The notes beneath the pieces were generated by a model. The model had not been told where the DNA came from. It did no database searches and saw only the letters and a program-made list of their open reading frames with translations. 64,000 nucleotides of DNA from NCBI GenBank assembly GCA_964450735.1, contig CAYVDC010000008.1, forward strand, positions 647 to 64,646, read 5' to 3'. Shown here piece by piece: positions 18,483 through 28,402 of this stretch. Position numbers and translations under genes: made by a program. This stretch comes from an uncultured Candidatus Saccharibacteria bacterium (GTDB taxonomy: Bacteria > Patescibacteriota > Minisyncoccia > Phycocordibacterales > UBA9973). Every line of letters starts with the position of its first letter. Within the stretch, counting starts at the first letter, position 1.

Positions 18483-20194
18483 TGCAACAACGATTAGAAC
18501 AACATATAAAAGAAGCACTAAAGACTCTCGGTATTGCCGAGGGCTCATTTTCTGTTGAGCATCCTGCAGATATCAAGAACGGCGACTACTCAACCAATGC
18601 TGCACTGGCTGTTTCAAAACAGGCGGGAAAAAATCCTCGCGAAGTTGCAGAAGCTTTGGTCGCCGAACTTTTAAATAAGAAAATTGAGCATGTAGAAGCG
18701 ATTGAGATGGCGGGTCCAGGATTCATTAACTTCCGACTATCTAAAGAATTTTTCGCTGATTCAATTTCTGAAATAAAAAATTCTCCTGAAACTTGGGGAA
18801 ACAATAATGCTGCAAATGGGAAAAAGATCATGGTTGAATATACTGATCCGAATCCGTTCAAGCCATTTCATATTGGTCACCTCATGACGAACGCAATCGG
18901 CGAATCCGTCGCGCGCATTTTCAATGCTTCAGGTGCCAATGTTGTCCGCGCAAACTATCAGGGAGATGTTGGCCTCCATGTAGCAAAAGCTATTTGGATG
19001 ATGCTCAAAAAAGGGAAAGGCGACACTGCTGCTCCGGCTGGCATACAGGCACAATACATTGGCGCTTGTTATTCAGAGGCTTCAAACGCATATGATGAGA
19101 ACCCAGAAGCAAAAGCTGAAATCGATGCAATTAACAAAAAAATCTACGAACGAAGCGATGCTGAAATCAATGATATTTATGATTGGGGACGAAAGGTAAC
19201 ACTTGAAGCATTTGAAGAAATTTACACTACGCTTGGAACAAAATTCAATCACTATTTCTTTGAGAGTGAAATGGCTCCGATCGGCGCGCAAATCGTTCGC
19301 GACAATGTCGGCACGGTTTTTTCAGAATCTGACGGCGCAATTGTTTTTCATGCCGAAGAGCATGATCCAAAACTCCACACTCGTGTTTTCATAACCAAGC
19401 AGGGCTTGCCGACTTATGAGACCAAGGAGATCGGTCTTACTACTAAGAAATTCGAAAAAGAGTCAGACCTCGATCTTTCAATTGTCGTAACTGCAATTGA
19501 ACAAGGGGAATATATGAAAGTGGTTCAGAAAGCCATTTCATTGCTGCACCCTGAACTTGAATCCCGCATGAAGCACATCACTCACGGTATGATGCGTTTT
19601 GCTTCTGGAAAAATGAGCTCACGAAAAGGAAATGTGGTTACGGGAGAATCCCTCATGAATGATGCCCGCGATGTTGTCTACGAAAAAATGGCTGATCGTG
19701 AATTTACCGGCGAGGAAAAAGAAACTATTGCTTCTCAGGTTGGTGTTGCGGCGCTTAAATATTCAATTCTCAAACAAGCACTTGGCGGGGATATTATCTA
19801 TGATTTTGAAAAATCAATTTCATTTGATGGTGATTCTGGCCCGTACCTCCAGTACACAACAGTTCGCGCAAGCGCGGTTTTGGAAAAAGGGAAGCGTGAA
19901 GGATTAGCGCCAAACGCACAGCTTCCAGAAAAGTGGGAAACAACAAACCTCGAAAAACATCTGTACCGTTTTCCAGAAATTGTTTTGCGCTCATACGAAC
20001 AGCTTGAGCCGCATCATATTGCAACGTATCTCACAGAACTTGGTTCACTATTTAACTCATTCTACGCAGATCATCAGATTGTAAACACTGAAGATGCCGC
20101 TTCTCCATACAAATTGGCTGTCACTGAAGCTTACTGTCAAACCATGAAAAATGGCTTGTATTTGTTGGGTATTTCAGTACCGGCAAAGATGTAG
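18482..20194 (+). CDS. argS: arginyl-tRNA synthetase
   Basis: PNPFKPFHIGH (HIGH) and KMSSRKGNVV (KMSK) class-I signatures; 570 aa. Confidence 0.9.
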   Translation: MQQRLEQHIKEALKTLGIAEGSFSVEHPADIKNGDYSTNAALAVSKQAGKNPREVAEALVAELLNKKIEHVEAIEMAGPGFINFRLSKEFFADSISEIKNSPETWGNNNAANGKKIMVEYTDPNPFKPFHIGHLMTNAIGESVARIFNASGANVVRANYQGDVGLHVAKAIWMMLKKGKGDTAAPAGIQAQYIGACYSEASNAYDENPEAKAEIDAINKKIYERSDAEINDIYDWGRKVTLEAFEEIYTTLGTKFNHYFFESEMAPIGAQIVRDNVGTVFSESDGAIVFHAEEHDPKLHTRVFITKQGLPTYETKEIGLTTKKFEKESDLDLSIVVTAIEQGEYMKVVQKAISLLHPELESRMKHITHGMMRFASGKMSSRKGNVVTGESLMNDARDVVYEKMADREFTGEEKETIASQVGVAALKYSILKQALGGDIIYDFEKSISFDGDSGPYLQYTTVRASAVLEKGKREGLAPNAQLPEKWETTNLEKHLYRFPEIVLRSYEQLEPHHIATYLTELGSLFNSFYADHQIVNTEDAASPYKLAVTEAYCQTMKNGLYLLGISVPAKM

Positions 20195-20222
20195 TTGACA
20201 CAGTGTTAGTTTCTAGTATAAT
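20195..20222 (+). promoter_or_regulatory. sigma70-like promoter TTGACA-N16-TATAAT immediately after argS stop
   Basis: consensus -35 at 20195-20200 and -10 at 20217-20222. Confidence 0.45.
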
Positions 20223-20309
20223 ACTCACAACAACCGCATCTCCTGATTTTAGGAACGAGGCAACGTTGTTTTTAAATACAATATTTCAATTTTTTTAACT
20301 TAAAAAACT

Positions 20310-20570
20310 TTGTTACGTATGAGAACGAATCAACTGCCAACTTTCCCGAACGGTGCTTCAGTAAATTATTCAGGTTGCGACATTTTTTCTTGCGGTGATT
20401 ATATCGATCCGCATGTTGCTAATGGACTTTGCAGTGCAGCTCGCAATCTTCCGATTAATGCTATGACTTTGGTTAAAACCGAGTACATTGACAAGGAAGG
20501 TTGTAAACAAGTTGTATTACAGCCCGTACCTGTTTCCGCTCTACCTAATTTTCGTGCACACGCTGCATAG
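20310..20570 (+). CDS. small hypothetical protein (86 aa), or non-coding transcript
   Basis: only ORF in a promoter-to-terminator unit between argS and ileS; no homology recognisable. Confidence 0.25.
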   Translation: MLRMRTNQLPTFPNGASVNYSGCDIFSCGDYIDPHVANGLCSAARNLPINAMTLVKTEYIDKEGCKQVVLQPVPVSALPNFRAHAA

Positions 20571-20619
20571 TTTGTAACTTTCTTTTTTGTGGTTTAGTTG
20601 TTGTTTGCTTTTTACTTTC

Positions 20620-20660
20620 ATGGGCCGGTCTATCGTATAGACCGGCCCTATTTTTTTTGT
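20620..20660 (+). terminator. rho-independent terminator (GGGCCGGTCTAT..ATAGACCGGCCC + T10)
   Basis: 12-bp perfect stem and T-run. Confidence 0.7.
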
Positions 20661-20699
20661 ATAAAACTTTACAAACCACGAGATATTAGCTACTATCTC

Positions 20700-20893
20700 A
20701 AAAGCAGCACTGACGAGACCAATCATCTCTGAGCTCCGGCAAGAACGCTCGATCTGAGCAAGTAGACGCCGGCGGGCAGCCCGTTACAGCATTTAATAAG
20801 GTTCGGTTTTCCGGACAAAGTAAGGTGGTACCACGAGAGAAGCTCGTCCTTATCCAGTAAAGTAATTTATTGTATAAGGACGAGTTTTTATTT
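20700..20893 (+). promoter_or_regulatory. T-box leader (tRNA-sensing riboswitch) of ileS, with candidate promoter TTTACA-N17-TACTAT at 20668-20696
   Basis: AAGTAAGGTGGTACCACGAG at 20817-20836 matches the T-box consensus (AGGGTGGNACCGCG); terminator hairpin CTCGTCCTTA..TAAGGACGAG + TTTTT at 20844-20889 directly before the ileS start; ATC triplets in upstream stem region. Confidence 0.55.
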
Positions 20894-20895
20894 TT

Positions 20896-23800
20896 ATGGA
20901 AGAAAAAAATATGCAACAAGAAAAAAGCGAAGCAGCTCTCAAGGAAGAGCGCATTTTGGCGTTTTGGAGAGAGAACAATACTTTCCAAAAATCCCTTACT
21001 AAAGAGTCTCCAAAAGGAAACTACGTTTTTTATGATGGTCCTCCGTTTGCGACAGGACAGATGCACTACGGACATATTCTTGGAAGCACGGCCAAGGACT
21101 CGATCGGCCGTTATCAAACTATGCGCGGGTATCATGTACCTCGACGATGGGGTTGGGACTGTCACGGTTTGCCAATCGAAAACATTGTTGAAAAAGAATT
21201 GGGCATTGCCGGACACAAAGAGATCGAAGCATACGGCGTAGAAAAATTCGTCGAGTATGCTCGAAGCAAGGTTTTGCAATACGACAAAGACTGGGAACGG
21301 GGAGTAGAGCGCATCGGACGATGGGTGGATTTTAAAGGCGGCTACAAGACAATGGACAACACGTTTATTGAAAGTGTCTGGTGGGCACTCGGACAATTGC
21401 AGACGAAAGGATTGATTTACGAAGGCGTCCGCGTCCTCGCATATTGTTCACGCTGCGAAACTCCAATTGCGAATTCCGAAATCGCGATGGATAACAGCTA
21501 CAAAGACATCACTGATATTTCAGTGTATGCAAAGTTTGAGCTTGTTGACGAGCCGGGTACCTACTTTATTGCGTGGACGACAACACCATGGACGCTTCCG
21601 GGAAACTTCGCACTTGCAGCAAGTCCAGAATTCAACTATGTCAAAATAAAAATCGGCGATGCTTTTTACATACTCTCCAAAGAGCGGCTTTCAGTCATCA
21701 AGGATGCCTATGAAATCGTTTCGGAAGGTGTGGATATTTTTGGTAAGGCGTATAAGCCCCTGTTTGATTATTTTACAGATAAGGAAATTGAAAATAAGGA
21801 AAAAGCATGGAAGGTCTACGCAGCTGGGTATGTTACCAACGACGCAGGAACTGGAATCGTGCACATCGCACCTGGATACGGTGAAGAAGACATGGAACTG
21901 GCAAAGCGAGAAAATATTCCATTCATGCATCACGTGTTGAACGATGGAACATTCGCCGAAGTCGTTCGCGATTTCATAGGTCTTTCAGTAAAGCCAAAGT
22001 CCGACGAAAAAGACGGACACCAGAAAACTGATATCGAAATCATCAAGCATTTGGCGCACCAAGGATATTTATTTGGCAAAGAAAAGATTGTTCACTCGTA
22101 CCCTCACTGCATGCGCTGCGACACGCCGATCATTTACTACGCACTTCCATCATGGTTCGTAAACATTCAGAAAGTAAAACCGGAAATCATAGAGAATGCA
22201 AAAGAGATGAATTGGATTCCGTCACACTTGAAAGACGGGCGATTCAAGAATAACCTCGAAGGAGCTCCAGACTGGACGATTTCTCGAAATCGCTACTGGG
22301 CCACACCGCTTCCGTTTTGGAAATCTCCTGAAGGCAAACTCATGACAATTTCATCGCTTGATGATTTGAAATCGAAAGCCAAGAAATCTGGCAACAAGTA
22401 TTTTGCTATGCGTCACGGTTATGGTCAGCACATGGATGCTGGCGTTGTTTCCGGACTTGATCATGATTCATACCATCTGACAGAAGAAGGCCGAAAGGGA
22501 ATTCTCGCTCAGGCTGAAAATCTCAAGAAAGATGGTATTACGATGATCATCGCTTCGCCGCTTATTCGAACGCAAGAAACGGCAAAAATGGCTGCTGAAA
22601 TTCTCGGCGTATCTGCGGATTCGATTATTACCGACAAGCGCCTCCGCGAATATGATTTCGGCGAATGGGATGGCAAGCCATGGCAGGAGTATGTGAACTA
22701 CCGTAAGGATCACATTGCTTCATACGACGAACCACTCGGCGGGTCTTCGCTCCTCGAAACGAAAAAGCGCTTCGGTGAATTTATGTATGAGCTTGAAGAA
22801 AAATATCAGAACGAACGCATACTGATTGTAACGCACGGCATTTTCTTTGAAACCGTTGCAGCTGTTGTTGTAGGCGCTGATAATGCGAAGTCGCTCGATA
22901 TTCTCTTTACGCAATTCACTGGCAATCGAATCCAGCCTGCGGAAATCCGAGAAATCCCATTTGTTCCGCTTCCTCATAATCACAACTATGAACTTGATCT
23001 GCATCGTCCATACATCGACGCTATTAAATTGGTTGATGAAAAGGGCACGATTTATGAGCGTATCCCAGAAGTGATCGACTGCTGGTTTGAATCAGGTTCA
23101 ATGCCGTTCGCGCAAGACCACTATCCATTCGAGCGTCCACACTGGAAGGAAGAAAATTTCCCTGCGGGATTTGTGGCTGAATACATCGCTCAAACTCGAA
23201 CATGGTTCTACTACACGCATGCTGTTTCAACCATGCTTTTTGGAGCTGCACCGTTCAAAAATGTCGTAACGACAGGAACACTTCGCGCAGAAGATGGTCA
23301 GAAAATTTCCAAGTCAAAAAAGAATTATCCTGATCCATGGATCTTTATCGACAAATATGGCGTAGATCCACTTCGCATGTACCTTATGTCAGGTCCGCTC
23401 ATGAAAGGGGAAGATGCAAACTTTTCTGAAAAAACTGTTGCCGAAATTGCCAATAAGATAATTGGCCGTCTTGGAAACGTGCTTTCGTTCTACGAACTCT
23501 ACCGAGATACTTCACTTGAACAGAAAGCATTTTCAAATCCAACTAATGTGCTCGATATTTGGGTACTTTCACGGTTGAATCAATTAGTTTCTGGAGTCAC
23601 TGAAGGAATGGAAGCGTACGACATGGCGGAAGCAACTCGACCGTTTGATTTATTTGTTGATGATCTTTCGACTTGGTATCTTCGCCGATCACGTGATCGT
23701 GTGAAAGAAGGGGAAGCTGAAGCAAAACAAACTCTTTATACCGTTTTGAAAACTGTGGCAACAGTGCTTGCTCCGTTCGCGCCGTTTACTGCCGAAGATA

Positions 23801-24312
23801 TGTGGCTCCGACTCAAAAATGAGTCTGATGTTGAAAGCGTGCATCTGGCAAATTGGCCGTCTGAACTCGGTGCTACTTCGACTGAAGTTCTCGAAGCAAT
23901 GAAGATAACCCGTGACATTTGCGCTGCTGGACATATGCTTCGTCAAAAAGCGAACATCGTTGTTCGTCAACCACTCGCAGCATTGTTTGTACCAGAAATT
24001 CCAGGCAAAGAATATGTGGAAATTTTGAAGGACGAACTTAACGTGAAAGAAATTCAACAAGGTGAAATAGTCTCATTAAATGAGACTATTTCACCGGAGC
24101 TCAAACTCGAAGGTGAATACCGCGATCTCGTCCGCTCGATTCAAGAACTTCGCAAGCAGACTGGTTTGCAGCCAAGCGATCGAATAACGATTACACTTAC
24201 AACTGAAGCTGAAAAATTGGTCGCTCTATTCATGGATGAATTCAAAAAGACAGTTCAGGCAGATCAGGTTTCCTTCGAAGCGATTGAAGCGCCTAAACTT
24301 GCTAAAATATAA
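20896..24312 (+). CDS. ileS: isoleucyl-tRNA synthetase (type 2) with inserted histidine-phosphatase (PGAM-like) domain
   Basis: PPFATGQMHYGHIL (HIGH), KISKSKKN (KMSKS), CWFESGSMPFAQ, editing-domain motifs; insert with RHG..SPLIRTQETA..EYDFGEWDG..VTHG at about nt 22380-22990. Confidence 0.9.
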   Translation: MEEKNMQQEKSEAALKEERILAFWRENNTFQKSLTKESPKGNYVFYDGPPFATGQMHYGHILGSTAKDSIGRYQTMRGYHVPRRWGWDCHGLPIENIVEKELGIAGHKEIEAYGVEKFVEYARSKVLQYDKDWERGVERIGRWVDFKGGYKTMDNTFIESVWWALGQLQTKGLIYEGVRVLAYCSRCETPIANSEIAMDNSYKDITDISVYAKFELVDEPGTYFIAWTTTPWTLPGNFALAASPEFNYVKIKIGDAFYILSKERLSVIKDAYEIVSEGVDIFGKAYKPLFDYFTDKEIENKEKAWKVYAAGYVTNDAGTGIVHIAPGYGEEDMELAKRENIPFMHHVLNDGTFAEVVRDFIGLSVKPKSDEKDGHQKTDIEIIKHLAHQGYLFGKEKIVHSYPHCMRCDTPIIYYALPSWFVNIQKVKPEIIENAKEMNWIPSHLKDGRFKNNLEGAPDWTISRNRYWATPLPFWKSPEGKLMTISSLDDLKSKAKKSGNKYFAMRHGYGQHMDAGVVSGLDHDSYHLTEEGRKGILAQAENLKKDGITMIIASPLIRTQETAKMAAEILGVSADSIITDKRLREYDFGEWDGKPWQEYVNYRKDHIASYDEPLGGSSLLETKKRFGEFMYELEEKYQNERILIVTHGIFFETVAAVVVGADNAKSLDILFTQFTGNRIQPAEIREIPFVPLPHNHNYELDLHRPYIDAIKLVDEKGTIYERIPEVIDCWFESGSMPFAQDHYPFERPHWKEENFPAGFVAEYIAQTRTWFYYTHAVSTMLFGAAPFKNVVTTGTLRAEDGQKISKSKKNYPDPWIFIDKYGVDPLRMYLMSGPLMKGEDANFSEKTVAEIANKIIGRLGNVLSFYELYRDTSLEQKAFSNPTNVLDIWVLSRLNQLVSGVTEGMEAYDMAEATRPFDLFVDDLSTWYLRRSRDRVKEGEAEAKQTLYTVLKTVATVLAPFAPFTAEDMWLRLKNESDVESVHLANWPSELGATSTEVLEAMKITRDICAAGHMLRQKANIVVRQPLAALFVPEIPGKEYVEILKDELNVKEIQQGEIVSLNETISPELKLEGEYRDLVRSIQELRKQTGLQPSDRITITLTTEAEKLVALFMDEFKKTVQADQVSFEAIEAPKLAKI

Positions 24313-24314
24313 GT

Positions 24315-24896
24315 ATGAAAAAAGTATTCATTATTCACGGCTTTGGAGGAATTCCTAATGGCGGGTGGCTGCCATGGCTTATGGTTGAGCTTGGCAAAAA
24401 AGGGATCTATGCGTGCGCCCTTGCAATGCCAGATACTGATAATCCTAATCTTCAAAAATGGATGGCGGAAATCGATCACGCGATCGGTGGTGATTATGAA
24501 CATACCTATTTCGTTGCACATAGTTTAGGTGGCGCCGCCTTGCTTCGCTACCTTGAAGCCCTAGAGGGTGGTAAAAAAATCGGCGGAGCGCTTCTCGTGT
24601 CCTCTGTAATCGATCCGCTTGATACAGAAAATCCAGAAAGCAGATTTCGTATGATCGATTCTTTTCTTCTGCCTGAAATTGACTTCACACAAGTAAAAGG
24701 GAAAGCAGATCGCTTAATTGTAATGCATGGTACCGCTGATGTAACAGTTCCTTTTGTCCAAGCAGAAAAACTTGCTGCAGGTTTGGAATGTGAATTGATT
24801 TCAGTTGAAGGAGGGACACATTTTAGTCAACGAACTCCACCAATCTATTACGAATTACCTGAAGCACTAGAAGCGATAACAACTATGCTTAAATAA
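24315..24896 (+). CDS. alpha/beta-hydrolase, RBBP9/YdeN (COG3545) family serine hydrolase
   Basis: IIHGFGG N-terminus, VAHSLGG nucleophile elbow, about 190 aa. Confidence 0.6.
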   Translation: MKKVFIIHGFGGIPNGGWLPWLMVELGKKGIYACALAMPDTDNPNLQKWMAEIDHAIGGDYEHTYFVAHSLGGAALLRYLEALEGGKKIGGALLVSSVIDPLDTENPESRFRMIDSFLLPEIDFTQVKGKADRLIVMHGTADVTVPFVQAEKLAAGLECELISVEGGTHFSQRTPPIYYELPEALEAITTMLK

Positions 24897-24897
24897 C

Positions 24898-25794
24898 ATG
24901 TGGCTCTTCCTCTCACTCCTAGGCCCAATCCTTTGGGCCGGCATAAACCACGTCGATAAGCATCTGATGGCGAGCTACTTCGACGAAGTTCCTGCTCCGG
25001 TGCCGATCATGTTTACATCTGCGGCAGCCGGCCTCTTTGCGCTGTTCTTTGGAATCTTTTTCAAAGTTACTGATATTACGCCGATGCAGGCATTTATCGT
25101 GGCGCTCTCCGGTGCTGGGCTTGTCTGTGCATATATCCCGTATATGTCCGCACTTCGAAATGAAGAAGCTTCAACCGTCGCGCCGCTTTGGCAGCTCATC
25201 ACTGTTTGTACGTATTTTCTCGGACTTATTTTCTTGGGGGAATCTCTCACGCTGCACCAGCTTCTAGCGGCAATTCTCATGATCGGCGCTGCTGTCTTAT
25301 TTACGCTTGATCCCAAAAAATACATTTTCAAGGCAAAAACATTTTTCCTTATGTTGCTTGGATCGTTTTTGATCTCGTGCAATATTGTCGCGTTCAAGTT
25401 CATTGCCGTTCAAACTTCCTTCACTGTTTCCGCATTCTGGGAATACATTGGTGCGGTCGCAGTGCTCCTAATACTTTTCTGTGTTCCAACATATCGAAAG
25501 GGATTTATCATGGTGATCAAAAAATACCGTGGTCCGCTTTTGGGTTGGAATTTCTCTACCGAAGCACTCAATCTTTTTGCGCGACTTACGGTGAACTACG
25601 CTGGACTGTTGGTTCCTGTGGTGTTCGTGAATTTGGTAAATAGTACGCAGCCAATCTTCATTCTACTGTATGGAGTGATAATGGCTCTTGTCTTTGGGTA
25701 CAAGAAAGACCTTGTGATTTCAAAGCGCGATCTGATCCAAAAGACCGTTGCCGCGCTCCTCATTGTCCTTGGTGCCTACCTGCTATTCTTTTAG
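24898..25794 (+). CDS. DMT/EamA-family permease
   Basis: 10 TM helices in two 5-TM halves. Confidence 0.55.
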   Translation: MWLFLSLLGPILWAGINHVDKHLMASYFDEVPAPVPIMFTSAAAGLFALFFGIFFKVTDITPMQAFIVALSGAGLVCAYIPYMSALRNEEASTVAPLWQLITVCTYFLGLIFLGESLTLHQLLAAILMIGAAVLFTLDPKKYIFKAKTFFLMLLGSFLISCNIVAFKFIAVQTSFTVSAFWEYIGAVAVLLILFCVPTYRKGFIMVIKKYRGPLLGWNFSTEALNLFARLTVNYAGLLVPVVFVNLVNSTQPIFILLYGVIMALVFGYKKDLVISKRDLIQKTVAALLIVLGAYLLFF

Positions 25795-25808
25795 TATACT
25801 AGTGATCG

Positions 25809-26396
25809 ATGCACCACATCCATCACACCAATGCTCTTATTCTTGGCAGCCGCAATCGCGGGGAAGCCAATAGGGTTTTTACAATACTTACTCGAGAAAT
25901 GGGATTGATACATGCGGTTGCGCAGGGTGTTCGCCTCAACAAATCCAAGCTCCGCTATGCGCTTACAGACTACTCATATGCAAAGATCGATCTTGTGCGC
26001 GGAAAAGAAGTCTGGAGAATTACGTCTGCTACACCAATAAACTCCTTTCCGGGAATTAGAAGCAATCTCAAGGGTGTCCAACTTCTTGCTAGCGTTTCAA
26101 AATTGATCCGACGACTTATCCAGGGAGAGGCGGAATTTCATGAATCTATTTTTGACGATACGCTCTCGGCTTATACGTTTCTTGAAAACAGCGATCACGC
26201 CGTTCATACGTACGAAGTCGTTGAGCTCTCGCTCGTACTTCGCTTGCTGAAAATGCTTGGATATATTGGATCAAGCGCATTTGCAGATCAGCATACTGAT
26301 GCGCCGTTTGATCCCAATGCTATCGACATGGCTCGGTTCGAAAAAAAGACCATTATTTTTGAGATCAATCGGGCATTGCGAGAGAGTCATTTGTGA
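25809..26396 (+). CDS. recO: DNA repair protein RecO (short form)
   Basis: N-terminal OB-fold segment NALILGSRNRGEANRVFTILTREMGLIHAVAQGVR is RecO-like. Confidence 0.55.
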   Translation: MHHIHHTNALILGSRNRGEANRVFTILTREMGLIHAVAQGVRLNKSKLRYALTDYSYAKIDLVRGKEVWRITSATPINSFPGIRSNLKGVQLLASVSKLIRRLIQGEAEFHESIFDDTLSAYTFLENSDHAVHTYEVVELSLVLRLLKMLGYIGSSAFADQHTDAPFDPNAIDMARFEKKTIIFEINRALRESHL

Positions 26397-26408
26397 TATA
26401 CTTTCTCT

Positions 26409-28340
26409 ATGCAACCAGGAGAAAACGAAAAGCCTCATCGACTTGATGATATTCAACAAAAATTATACAGCCCAAATCCAAATGCTCTTCCAAAACGGCG
26501 CACTGGAGTTCTTCACCAGGTGAACCACGCGGTTTCGTCGGCGTGGAACAGCAAACCCGTAACTGCGGTTTCCGACTCAGTCAAAAACGTCGGCATGCAG
26601 ACATCATTTTTCAAAAAATTCTTTATCGGCACTGTTATCTTTTTTATAATTGCGGTCTTGATCGGCCTCTTCTTGTTTTTTGGAGGATCGGGTGGAGTTT
26701 CAAATGACAATGTCGCGGTAAACGTCTTGGGTAATGCGTATACTCCGGGAGGCGAAGCACTGCCCCTTACTGTTGAAATCGCAAACGCGAATCCTGTTGA
26801 TCTTGAGCTTGTCGATCTTATTGTTCAGTACGGGCGAAACAAGCCAGATGTTGTCGATCCAACAGACATAACGACCAATCGTATTTCTATCGGTACTGTT
26901 CCTGCGGGGAAATCAATCAACCAAAAAGTTGACCTTACTCTTTACGGCGTAGAAGGGACGAGCAAGCAAGTGAAATTTACCCTCGAGTATCACACTGCTG
27001 GGTCAAACGCAGTGTTCCAAAAGGAAAAGCTCTTTTCTGTTGTCATCAATACTGCACCAGTTACGATACTTGTTGATGCTGATACTTCAATTACCGTTGG
27101 GCAACCATATACATTTAATGTATCGGTTACCTCAAACGTCAAACGAGTCATTCCAAATTTAACGGTCAAGATGGATTATCCAATCGGTTTTGCCTTTTCT
27201 AATGCCGAGCCAGCACCGTCATATCTTTCAAATGTATGGAGCTTTGGTGATCTTGCTCCAGGCGAAACCAAGAAGATCAAAGTCGTTGGAGCGATCACTG
27301 CTGAAAACGGAGAGGAGCGCTCATTCCGCGCGTATGCAGGAACAGCGAGCGATGGAGACAAAAATGTTATCGGCACAACTTTTACTTCGATCATACACAC
27401 AGTAGATATTGTGAAACCATTCTTGTTTGCTTCACTTACGGTGAACGGCAAAAAAGGACCAGAGGTTTCAGTCCAATCGCGCTCTACAATCAATGGGCTT
27501 GTTCGCTGGAGCAATAATTTGCCGGTACGTATCTTGAACGCAAAAATTACCGTTAAATTAACTGGCTCGCTCATTGATCAAACGACAGTTATCCCTGATG
27601 GAGGATTCTATAATTCTACTGACAATACTATTGTATGGGATAGAAATACTTCGCCGCAGCTTGCGAGCCTTGAGCCTGGCGCTGAAGGTTCGTTCGGATT
27701 TACTTTTTCAACGCTCTCACTTTTCCAAAATGGTGGAGTCGCAAGCGATCCGAAAGTAGCACTTGATGTTTCTATTGCAGGACAACAGCCGCAAGAGGGA
27801 ACCAATAGTCAAGAAGTAAACAATATCGAACATACTGTCGTGCGCCTCGGTACTGATTTTCAAATGAATGCTGCAGCTTCATATACAGGACAGCCATTCA
27901 TTAACAACGGCCCGCTTCCTCCAGCGGTGAATCAAAAAACTACCTATACGATCAAATGGGCGCTCACCAGCTCCGCAAACAATGTGAACAATGTTCGAGT
28001 CAGTGCTTCGATGCCGACATATGTGCATTTCCTCAACAATGTGTATCCAGCCAATTCCGATGTCAAAATTGATCCAGTATCGGGCAACATTGTATGGAAT
28101 GCAGGAACTGTTACCAAAGGTTCTGGATTTACCACTGATCCTAAATTTGTTTTCTTCCAAGTTGAACTGAGCCCTTCATTGTCACAGCTCGGCAAAGTTC
28201 CGGTATTGATCAATGCTGCAACTGCGTCTGGAACGGATGCGTATACAAATGCCGCCCTCACCGCAAGCTGGAGAGAGATAACCACCCAGCTGTATAATGA
28301 CCCAGTCTTTCAGCCTGGGGACGACAAGGTGGTCCAATAG
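26409..28340 (+). CDS. large N-terminally membrane-anchored beta-rich extracytoplasmic protein, function unknown
   Basis: single TM helix (FFIGTVIFFIIAVLIGLFLFF) then about 560 aa Thr/Val/Asn/Ser-rich region. Confidence 0.5.
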   Translation: MQPGENEKPHRLDDIQQKLYSPNPNALPKRRTGVLHQVNHAVSSAWNSKPVTAVSDSVKNVGMQTSFFKKFFIGTVIFFIIAVLIGLFLFFGGSGGVSNDNVAVNVLGNAYTPGGEALPLTVEIANANPVDLELVDLIVQYGRNKPDVVDPTDITTNRISIGTVPAGKSINQKVDLTLYGVEGTSKQVKFTLEYHTAGSNAVFQKEKLFSVVINTAPVTILVDADTSITVGQPYTFNVSVTSNVKRVIPNLTVKMDYPIGFAFSNAEPAPSYLSNVWSFGDLAPGETKKIKVVGAITAENGEERSFRAYAGTASDGDKNVIGTTFTSIIHTVDIVKPFLFASLTVNGKKGPEVSVQSRSTINGLVRWSNNLPVRILNAKITVKLTGSLIDQTTVIPDGGFYNSTDNTIVWDRNTSPQLASLEPGAEGSFGFTFSTLSLFQNGGVASDPKVALDVSIAGQQPQEGTNSQEVNNIEHTVVRLGTDFQMNAAASYTGQPFINNGPLPPAVNQKTTYTIKWALTSSANNVNNVRVSASMPTYVHFLNNVYPANSDVKIDPVSGNIVWNAGTVTKGSGFTTDPKFVFFQVELSPSLSQLGKVPVLINAATASGTDAYTNAALTASWREITTQLYNDPVFQPGDDKVVQ

Positions 28341-28402
28341 CTCCATAACTGCCAATCTCAAGGCGTTTTGAATGTATCAGGAAGTATAGTAGAGTATCGT
28401 AT

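Noticed and set aside
20698-21396. 232-aa minus-strand ORF
   Set aside because: Overlaps the T-box leader and the 5' end of ileS, whose motifs are unambiguous; no start context. Spurious.
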